48,675 bases of DNA from Girardia tigrina. Lineage: Eukaryota. A program made the translations under genes and the position numbers. The stretch covers positions 1 through 48,675 of the forward strand of contig MQRK01254947.1 of the NCBI GenBank assembly GCA_001938485.1, given 5' to 3'. A model generated the notes under the pieces. The model ran no database searches. It worked only from the letters and a program-made list of their open reading frames with translations, and was not told the DNA's origin. Below are positions 1 to 9,670 of this stretch, in pieces. How positions within the stretch are numbered: position 1 is the stretch's first letter; each line of letters begins with the position of its first letter.

Positions 1-1510
1 CCTAATAGATTTAGGGAGCGTGATCAATAGAAAAGGGATAATGGAAATAATCGATGGAATAACAGGCAAAATTACTCAAATCAACGGTATATAGAACGGC
101 CAACATACACGAATAGGAAATACCCAGTAGCAGAGGTGGACGAACTAGATGATGAATTGTACATAAGAGAAGAATCTAGAAAGGGGACTATTCTGAACTG
201 AACGTATAGAAGAGAAGATGGCAAAAGACTGGAATCTCCCATAGGTAACAGAAAATTCAGAAATGATCAGGGAAACGAGGACGCACGATCACAGGGAGAA
301 GTGATCAGTGTGCTACAATAGGAACTCAATGTAGGTTTATGATTGATTATATGTATGAATGTGTTTGTGATTGTATGTTTGACGATGTGTTTGAAAATAT
401 TCCTCTGGAGATGTGTAGATTAGATAATGAACCCGAAGAACACGATGAAATATATGCTAAATGGATATAGAAAATGAGGAAAAAATTAAAAAGAATGCTG
501 AAGATGTATTGATAATACTGAAGTTTAACATAAATTATAAAGAATTGAAAGGTAGACCAAGTATAGAGTTCCGAATAAAGAATAAAAATGTCAATTGCCT
601 ACTAGATACAGGAGCTCGAGTCAATGTTATTAAAGCAGAGATAATTAAAGATATGAAAGATGTCAAGATCAAAGAAACTAAAAGACGAATACATTGTGCG
701 AAGGATTCAGAACTTATAAACTATGGTATTGTTCAACTTAAAGTGATAATTGAAAGAATGCAGAAAACAGTGGATTTCTTTGTGGTCAAAGATTTAGATC
801 CAGATTATTGCAGGAATAGATTTCTTGGACAAATTCAGGATTAAGTTAAAGAGAGAACCATCAAATACTAATGAGTTTCTGGTAATACGAGACAATCCAT
901 CAGACGGGGATAGATTGAGGAGAATAAAAGAGCTGTTTGAAAACAAAATTGACAACCAACTAATGGAACTTTTAACAGAATTTAAATCAATATTTATGGC
1001 CGACAAATGGGATATTGGAAGGATGTCAATGACCAAACACAAGATCGAAACTCATGGAGAACCAGTTTTAGTGAAACCTTATCGACAACCAAAACATTCC
1101 GAGGAAAAACTGGACGATATTATTCGAAATTATGAAGAAAACGATATTATAGAGAAATGCAGTTCACCGTGGAATTTCCCTCTAGTTTGTGTTTGGAAAA
1201 AGGAGAAACAGGACATTCGAGTATGTGTAGATTTTCGGCAATTGAATAAAATCACCGTTAGACCGGCATTCCCAATGCCGAATGTTGCGGAAATGTTGAA
1301 TACACTAATTGGAGCAAAGTATTTTAGTACAATCGATTTAGGAAACGCATACCATCAAGTGGAACTTGAAGATGAATCAAAAGTCAAAACAGCATTTTCA
1401 ACAAAGGATGGCCAATACTGTTTCAAGAGAATGCCATTTGGAATTGCAGCTGCACAGCAACGTTTCAAGAACTGATGGTAAGAGTTTTGGGTGAATTAAA
1501 TTGGAAAGCA
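1..1510 (+). mobile_element. Ty3/gypsy LTR retrotransposon fragment A (gag C-terminus, aspartic protease, N-terminal RT), frameshifted and truncated
   Basis: ORF 461-844 has protease LLDTGA. ORF 825-1475 has RT motifs SPWNFPLVCVWKK, IRVCVDFRQLN, YFSTIDL and FKRMPFG. Similarity stops after LGELNWK near 1510. Confidence 0.93.
270..313 (+). promoter_or_regulatory. -1 ribosomal frameshift signal at gag/pol junction of element A
   Basis: Slippery heptamer GGGAAAC at 270-276, followed by stem GCACGATCAC...GTGATC(A)GTGT. Same arrangement at 2354. Confidence 0.7.
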
Positions 1511-2353
1511 CTCAAGATAGCGCTCAAGAGAACTTCAAAACCAATTTTTGAAGAATTTTCACAGTTGACTATTATCAATCATTCAAATCAGTTTTTTTGA
1601 CTAAATATTGTATACTATTGTACAAAAAAGTTGTAAGTTGAATTTTTATTTAGTGTACTCTTATGATTATAATTAAATCCCATCTTTAACCTTATTTTTA
1701 TTTAATTATAGTAAAAAAAATTTTTTAACTATAATAATTGGTGTAAATTTGAATGCAAGCAATTATTTACAACACAAACAGATTCTTCACAACAATTTTC
1801 AGTGGTCATCCTTCTTTGATTAATATAGTTTTTGATTAAATATTTAAATATGAAAAAATCAATGAATGGGGAAATTTTAATATTACATTTTAATTTCTCA
1901 TAATTTTTATTGGATAAAAAGACATTATGTAATTTTTAAATAAACATTAATTTTTAAAATATATTAAATTTAATAAGTTAAAATCGTTTACTTATTTATA
2001 TTATTAAAATTCATAATTATCAAACTTTAATTAATTAGTACTTTAATTTAATATCATTAAATTAATTTCATTAGATTCAAATAATGAATCAAATAACATA
2101 TCAATCCCATCTGAGTAGGAGAGTCACAAATCTAAACAGCATACAAACAACAAACTTACAACATTCACAATTATCCCTCACAATAAAGAACAAATAACCC
2201 ACGAAATCATCAGAGGCATCAAAATCAAAGATATGATATTGCAGAAATGCATGATGACAACGATTACAACGAATATGAAGAAACACGATCAAATGAAGGA
2301 AATTCGAGGTAAAGAATGCGTACAGATAATAGGCAAGTATACGAGAAAGACCA

Positions 2354-2394
2354 GGGAAACGAGGATACACAATCACAAGGAGAGGTGATCAGTG
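2354..2394 (+). promoter_or_regulatory. -1 ribosomal frameshift signal of element B
   Basis: GGGAAAC at 2354-2360 plus downstream hairpin homologous to 283-313. Confidence 0.65.
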
Positions 2395-4735
2395 TGCTTC
2401 ACTAAAAAGTAAAAATGTGTGTGTATGTGATTGTGTATGTAATGGTATGTTGGATTGTGTGTTGGAAGATACCCCTCTCGAAGTTTGTGAATTAGATAGT
2501 TGGAAAGAAGAATTTGAAACATACTGTTTTGATAAGGAGATAAAGACAAAATTGCAAAAGTTGAAACAGGAAGAAATTTTGGAAATATCAAAGCTCAATA
2601 TTAGATATGACAAATTGAATGGAAGATCAAGCATTGAATTTAATACAAAGTATATGAATGTTGAATGTCTTTTGGATACCGGTGCCAAAGTAAATGTTGT
2701 TAAAGCAGATATACTTAAAAGTATGAAAGATGTTCAGATAGAAAAAAACGAGTAAACGTATTCATTGTACAAATGATTCAGAACTTATAAATTATGGAAT
2801 TGTTAAATTAAAAGTAATAATTGAAGGAGTACAAAAAATTATAGAGTTTTATGTTGTCAAAGAACTCAACCCAGAAATGATAGCAGGTGTTGCCTTTTTG
2901 GACAAATTTGGAATAAAACTAAAGAAGGAAATTATAGATTCAAGTGACATATGGATGATTAGAGATAGTCCAACAGATGATGACAGACTAAAGAGAATTA
3001 AAGAAATATTTAACACCAAAGTTGACAACGAACTAATGAGACTATTAACAGAATATAAATCAATATTCATGGCTGACAAGTGGGATGTTGGGAAAACTTC
3101 CTTAACGAAACACAAAATAGAAACTCTTGGAGAATCAGTCTTAGTGAAGCCTTATCGATTACCACAACATTCTGAAGAGAAACTAAATGATGTCATTAGA
3201 AATTTTGAAGAAAACGGTATAATTGAAAAGTGTAGTTCTCCATGGAACTTCTCTCTGGTGTGTGTATGGAAAAAAGAGAAACAAGACATCCGAGTATGTG
3301 TCGATTTTTGACAGTTCAATAAAATTACTGTAAGACTGGCATTCCCCATGCCAAATGTGGATGACATGTTAAACACTTTGAATGGAGCAAAATATTTTAG
3401 TACAATCGATGTAGGAAATGCATATTATCAGGTTGAATTAGAAGAAGATTCAAAGATTAAAACTGCGTTTTCCACAAAGAATGGTCAATATTGTTTTAAA
3501 AGAATGCCTTTTGGAATTGCAGCGGCTCCAGCTACCTTTCAAGAATTAATGGTGAAAGTTCTAGGAGATTTGAATTGGAAAGAAGCAGTCGTATATTTTC
3601 GATGATATTTTGATTTTTGCAAAAGATAGAGAAGAACATCTTCAAAGAATACATAACGTTTTTGAAAAAATTAAAGAATCCGGCTTGAGAATAAATCCCG
3701 AGAAATGTCAATTCCTAGTAGAAAAAACGAAATTTTTAGGATATGTCATAAGTAAAGAAGGTATTGAGACAGATAAAACAACGATTGATGCAATTAGAAA
3801 ATTTCAAAACCCATCATGTATCAAACATTTAAGAAGCTTTTTGGGTTTGACGAATTACTGTAGGAAATTCATAAAGGATTACGCTAGATATGCAAAGGTT
3901 TTAGAAGGCTTATGTGGTAAGAGCAAGGATAAAAAACTTATTTGGATTGAAGAATGTGATGAAGCTTTTCAAAAATTAAAAGAAAGAATGATTAAGACAC
4001 CAATTTTGGCATACCCTGATTTTTCAAAAGACTTTATACTCGATACAGACGCAAGTTTTGATACAATAGAAGCGGTGCTATTACCGAAAGACATTTGTGG
4101 AAGAGAAAGAGTAATTGCATATAGTTCCCATAAAATGAATAAACGTGAACTTGGTTATTGAATTACAAGGAAAGAACTGCTTGCAATTTATTATTTCACT
4201 CAACATTTTAAACATTTTTTGTATGGGAAAAAAATTTTGTTACGAACGGATCATAAAGCTATCACTTTTATGATGACTACGAAAAACGCTATTACACCAC
4301 AGTTTCAAACATGGATAAATTTCCTTAGTGGTCTTGACATGAAAATAGAATATCGGAAAGGTGAGAAACATTCAAATGCTGATGCGATGTCTAAAAATTC
4401 TTGTGAAATGTGTAGCCAATGTCAGACGATATATGAAAAAGCCAAGAAAGGAAAGATCAAGACGAGAATTCTTGCATTGAACGAAGAGTCAGAGGGTTTC
4501 AAATGGCAAAAGAATAATAAAGAAATAAAACAAATTGTTGAAGATATCAGAAAAGGGAAAACGAGGAAATTGTTACGGTCGAAAAATGTTACAGTCATCC
4601 ACGAACACGCAAACATAACAAATAACAGACACCGAAGAAAACAAAGAAAAAATCAGCAATTTTCATACATATATTTGAAACCTTATAACACAATGACCCC
4701 TTATATTCGGTTCCCTCGAAGCTCGTAGATGAAAA

Positions 4736-5538
4736 CTAAAAAACAATCATAAACGAATAAAATAGACAAAGTCGATAAAAAATTACCCGATAATAGAAAG
4801 AAGACCGACCCCACATAACACGCAAAACGAGCAATCTGGGATGACAACCCGCCGAGGATTTTCATACCCCGAGAATAGTTATAGATTCTGAAAGAAAAAA
4901 GAATTAAAATAGACCAAAAACTTAATATAATCGCCTACCGAATTGTCCATGGGAGTTGAGAGGTCAACTGACCCCCTCCGGATAGCCCCTTGCAGGATGA
5001 ATACCTGGGCGGAACGTATGGGTTGACAACGAACACTTGCAAGCAGTTATTATCCTTAAAGAGCAAGAAATTAATTAAAAAACTAGTCAGAATTAACAAA
5101 GTCACTTACTGGACGACCCGATGAGGCTACGGGGTCAGCCGACCCTCCCGTAATAGGTTATCGCACGGGCAATCCGTGGAAGAAACCCGCGAAGCCACCG
5201 GACCACCCTGAGTAAAGTTATGGGCCCTGAAAGTTCAAACAATTAATTAGGATAAACAAAGCTTAATTAAAAACTTACCATGAGTCACCCGCAAAGTCCA
5301 AAATTAGAAGTCGGCTGACAAGTCCAATGACTCGGCCGCATACCGACTCTAAAAATTTGCAGAGTGTGTCACGACACACAGGCACGATTCCTATAATAAA
5401 AAAGAATTTTCAAAATTTAAAAATTTTTAAAAGGGACACACCTACCCGGATTGACCAATCAGGATCGCGGAAAAGCCCAGACACTTATCTGGCGGAGATC
5501 TATTGGCCCTCAGAGATTGAAAGGGTGTTTCATCAACC
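4736..5538 (-). ncRNA. Array of five short GT-AG introns and 93-117 nt GC-rich exons inside the giant LTR (spliced, apparently non-coding)
   Basis: Minus-strand introns 5391-5445, 5227-5278, 5055-5109, 4888-4938 and 4736-4786 (55, 52, 55, 51, 51 nt). Donors GTAGGT, GTAAGT, GTAAGT, GTAGGC, GTAATT; each has a U-rich tract ending in AG. Exon 5110-5226 has stops in all three frames. Confidence 0.7.
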
Positions 5539-5773
5539 CTATAAAAAGGAGAACCACTTCGTCATTATCGCACAGCTATAATTACACAATTATAATCACA
5601 CAAAAAAAATTACACAAATATAATTACATAATTATCGCAAAGATCACCACGTGGTTGAAATCCATTGAGGAGACGACGAAACCGTTTTGAGGCCGCGAAT
5701 TCCACAATCACAAAAAAAACTACAACGAATCAATCGGGACCGGAGCGTCTAACAATCAACCGACGAGACGAAT

Positions 5774-5868
5774 AACTGATTCAGAACTAAACGAACGCCA
5801 GGGGAACCCCATTACGCGTCGATACACAAAGTCCGATTACATTCTTCCGTGACTGATTTTTCTATTGG
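5774..5868 (-). promoter_or_regulatory. Candidate LTR core promoter: Inr TCAGTT plus upstream CCAAT
   Basis: TCAGTT on the minus strand at 5779-5774, CCAAT at 5868-5864, directly upstream of the exon/intron array. Confidence 0.4.
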
Positions 5869-6058
5869 GCTCAGTTGTTATCATCAATGTAAATTTAACT
5901 TTTATATTTATTTGTTATCTATTATGAACTTCAATAATTTATGTATTTATGAGTTTTGTTTATTTGACATTTGATTTAATTATACTATATATAAGTAGTT
6001 TACTTTTCATAGAAAGAACTAAATAGCGCCGTCGTCGCCGCCGTCCGTCGTTCCAGTT

Positions 6059-6244
6059 ATGAATGCTCGCATTACGAACCCGTTTATCGAGCGCTTAGAG
6101 AATATTCTGGGACCCCTTCCGGATTTCGAGGTAGATGAGAACAACAATGCAGTCCGGGTCGCATTGCCACTAATTGTTAGCGACGTACGGTCGATAACCC
6201 TGGGCGAGATGCTCGAGTCGAATGGGCTGCACCATTTAGTATAA
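6059..6244 (+). CDS. 61-aa orphan ORF in the giant LTR, antisense to the LTR
   Basis: ATG-initiated, GC-richer than flanks. TATATATAAG at 5986-5995 and AATAAA at 6274-6279. No recognisable domain. Confidence 0.45.
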   Translation: MNARITNPFIERLENILGPLPDFEVDENNNAVRVALPLIVSDVRSITLGEMLESNGLHHLV

Positions 6245-7842
6245 CGGCGCGGAAGTCGCTCAGCAAATTGATAAATAAAGTTTTATAAACTGCAGTTTAA
6301 TTTTTTTTATTCGATTTAGAACTTACTCCCATTTGGTGACTTTAGGAATTTTATTTTTATAAGTTTTGTTATTAAGTCTTTAATATTAATAGTTGAGTAT
6401 CGGTTTTATTGATGAACGTTCAAGAGTATTTAATAAACATGAAAGTCGAGTTATTACATGGATATGTAAGGGTGTTTATTCGATAATAGGCGAGAGTATA
6501 AATTTTGCTAACGGGTGCTCAGAGATAATTTAGCGTAATTAAGGAGCTCGAATGAATTTATATTTAGTTTTGTATTACTAACAGTTTCTATCTTAATTAT
6601 TTTAATATGAAAGATTATAAATACCTTGATTCTGAACCCCGCAGCAACTCGTCAAACGTCTTACACATAATCGGTTCAACGGCGAGCATCATTCGAAATA
6701 TTGCTCAAGGTCGTTGATTAAAGTGCGATATTAAAACAAACGCGGAGGCAACCAGTTTTGAGAAATGCGACTTTATTGATATAAATAAGTTAATTTTAAC
6801 GATTTCCTATCGGTGCAGGTCAAATAACAACGATATTCTATATTATATATATTTAGTTTTATGATTATTTCAGATGGTTAAAATTGATTTTTAGGATTAA
6901 CTTTCGAATTAAACGATAAATTTACGATTTTGAATTAAAAGATAATTTTATTTACTCTAGTTTTGGTTCTGATAATTTTAATAATTTTATAGTTTTACAA
7001 CCGATTCTAATTTAGGTAGAACTAATGTTTATTCTAATACGTAAATCGTACAAAGTAATGACTCGAATCCTTAACGAATTATGAATATTAAATTAGTAAA
7101 TTTTCGCTAGTAAATTAAGTTGGTGTTACTATTAGTAATTTGAGTCGAAATTGTTTCATATTTTATTCTGCTAACATTATAACAAAATGTAACTGAGTGG
7201 ATTTGCGATTATCGACAAAGAATTTTGTTAAGGAATTTTTCTAAAGAATTTAAAAATCAAAATGCGTTTGCGAATGTTGAGTTATTTTGAATGAAATAGT
7301 GCGAAATTATATTTTGTTAATAAGGGATTCTATTAATAATTTAAATTATTTTGAGCGGAATCGTTACACTTTTGTTAATTAGGAATTGCTAAATAATTGA
7401 TGGATCAAATCGATATCAGAGTTTTATAGCAATTTAAATGACGAATCCCTCAATGTTAATTATGCAGCAGATTAATATCACGATGATATTTTGCGATACA
7501 GTATAACGTAAAACATATAAACGATTGCCAGGGGATTTGCTGCTAATATAAGGACTATGTAGTTACACTGCCGAAGATGAATTGACATTACAGGATAATT
7601 TTGGATAATTGAAAGTTCTAGGAGTATAAGCTATCCTTCTGCGAGTGCCGCAAGTTTCACGTTACAAACTCAACATAACATAACTTAACACTGCCCTAAG
7701 TCTTGAAAATTTATACCACAATGCCACAGTTCGACAAAACCGTACACAACATTGCCACAAGTATAACACGACACATAACACAACAGTGCAACAAGTTTGA
7801 CAATACATAAAGATGACGATTCTGAACACATTACGAAAATCA

Positions 7843-8088
7843 TCCCCGAGCGACGCTCCGCTAGGCGGGGGGCCCATAGCCCATCCCGTCTTGAACCGAA
7901 CCCGAAGGTCCTCCAGACTCTTCACTGTTAGACAGATGTTGAGCGAGGAGAGACGTCCGACCCAGGTGAAATAAATAAATAAGAATTAGGTTAAACATTA
8001 AAATTTGAGATCGGGTTGTGGTGGACCCTTAACCAACCACTGGGGGCTCAGAGCACTTAAAAGTGTTGTGAACAGAGGGGTCGTGACA
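7843..8088 (-). ncRNA. Conserved structured RNA element at the LTR (inferred U3) terminus
   Basis: Compensatory changes versus 47041-47290: GTGGT/ACCAC to GTGAC/GTCAC; GTC-T-CTCC/GGAG-GAC to GCC-T-CTTC/GAAG-GGC; CTGT/ACAG to CTGC/GCAG. Includes a cUUCGg side loop. Confidence 0.65.
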
Positions 8089-9092
8089 AAATGGACACTA
8101 AAAAATGACATCGTGGCAACTCAGGACAATAAATACTGGATCCCAAAAGAAAAACGAACAGATTTCATTGAATAGATGCACATGCTGTTATACCATGCTG
8201 GTAGTAAAAAAGTCTATAACTATCGTCGAGAAGATTTTGACATGGAAAATATGAGGAATTTCATTAAAGAAGTAGTCCAAAGTTGTTTAAATTGTCAAAA
8301 AAGAAAGACATAAACTTCGAAAACGAAAGAAAAACATATAAAATTGTCGGCAGATGAACCTTTCCAGAAAATATACATGGATTTCTGTGGACCATTCAAA
8401 AGAAACATAAACGGATATCAATACGTACTTGCAATAGTAGACCAATTCAGTAGATATATTAGCCTGAATGCAGTTGCTAGTCAAGATGAAAAAAACAGTT
8501 CGTAGAGTGATATTGGACAGATGGATATGGAAATTTGGACATCCAAAGTAAATCCATGTTGATATAAGAAAAACATTTGAATAGGCTTTGTTCAAAGATA
8601 CAGTTAAAAAATTCAAAGTCGATAGTATCTATTCAAGTCCATATCATCATAATACAAATGGGATAGTGGAAAGACAATTTCGAACAATCAGGGATGCTAT
8701 AAATATTAGAATGAAGGACGGAAACTACAGAGATTGGACAGAAGTTTTGTCGGAAATAGAATTTATGTTGAATAGTACAATTCAAGCTATGACAGGTGTT
8801 TCACCGGCTGAAATAATATTTGGGAGACAATTAAGACATTGATGGAAAAACAATAAAGAAACTAACGGAAACCAAGTTAATGTCGAACAAAATATGGAGC
8901 CAAGAAGAGTTTTTGAAATTGGAGACAGAGTGTTGATAAAAAAAGAAAATATATCAAAAGAAGATGACCGTTACATGGGTCCGGCAATTGTGTTGAAACG
9001 AAATCACGAAAGGAGTTACGAGTTACAGCTCGAAGATGGTAGAACTTTGATTAGAAATGTTGAATGGCTAAAGCCATTTAAACCGACGGGGA

Positions 9093-9550
9093 TGTGAGGA
9101 ATGTTTTGAATTGTGTATTGATACTGTGCATGTATAATGTTGATTCGGATTGTGCCTCTCCTACACAGATGGATGATTGATATTTTCTTTGATTCTTAAC
9201 TAATTAAAAATAATTTAATTTAATTGTAAAGTAAAAAGATTTAAAATGATTTTTGAATGTATTATTTATTTTTTAATGTAATTTAAAATTTTAATATATG
9301 TTAATATATTTTAATAATATGTTCTTTTTTTAAAAAAATGTTTAGATTTAATTTCAACCAATTAGATTCTTTATAATTAATAATTTTTATTAACAGATTT
9401 TCATTTATTGAAAATAATTAGTTTGAACTCAGAAATATATTGATCAAGAGAGATGTCAAATAGTGAATGCGCTTGTGATATTAATAAATGTTGTAAAACT
9501 CATATTGATGTTGTTAATAATCATAAAATATAATTGTCAGGAACACCGCA
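9093..9550 (+). mobile_element. 3' LTR of gypsy element B (~460 bp)
   Basis: Purine tract GACGGGGA then TGTGAGG at 9093. AATAAA near 9483. Ends CCGCA at 9550; the end is inferred because no 5' LTR is available to compare. Confidence 0.6.
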
Positions 9551-9670
9551 AATTATAATATTATACACTAACAAATTTTTAACTTAATCCATATTTTAAA
9601 ATTGTAAATAAAAAAGAATAATGAATAAAACTTCAATCAGTTATTAATTTTTTGAAAATTAATTGAAACA

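Larger units (their letters stand above)
4571..8088 (-). mobile_element. Giant (3518 bp) solo LTR inserted into pol of element B
   Basis: Termini TGTTACG...CGTGACA (TG..CA, 6/7 inverted match). 4-bp TSD AAAT at 4567-4570 and 8089-8092. Removing it restores pol (KTRK-WTLKNDIV). A homologous terminus occurs at 47041. No retroelement coding sequence inside. Confidence 0.85.
2100..9550 (+). mobile_element. Ty3/gypsy element B, related to A: gag end, PR, RT, RNase H, integrase, PPT and 3' LTR; decayed and split by a 3.5-kb insertion
   Basis: LLDTGA (ORF 2417-2755); RT ORFs 2877-4161; RNase H DTDAS and RTDHKA; integrase HHCC and core resume after 8088 (ORF 8588-8842 PYHHNTNGIVER); GPY/F-like YMGPA (ORF 8894-9097). 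Multiple stops and frameshifts. Confidence 0.95.

Noticed and set aside
7646-7796. CRISPR-like repeat-spacer pattern
   Set aside because: Repeats are only ~10 bp and degenerate, context is a eukaryotic LTR, and there are no cas genes.
7940-7960. CUCCUCGCU resembling the HDV ribozyme L3
   Set aside because: No compatible P1/P2/P3 pairing; the bases are explained by the covarying hairpin.
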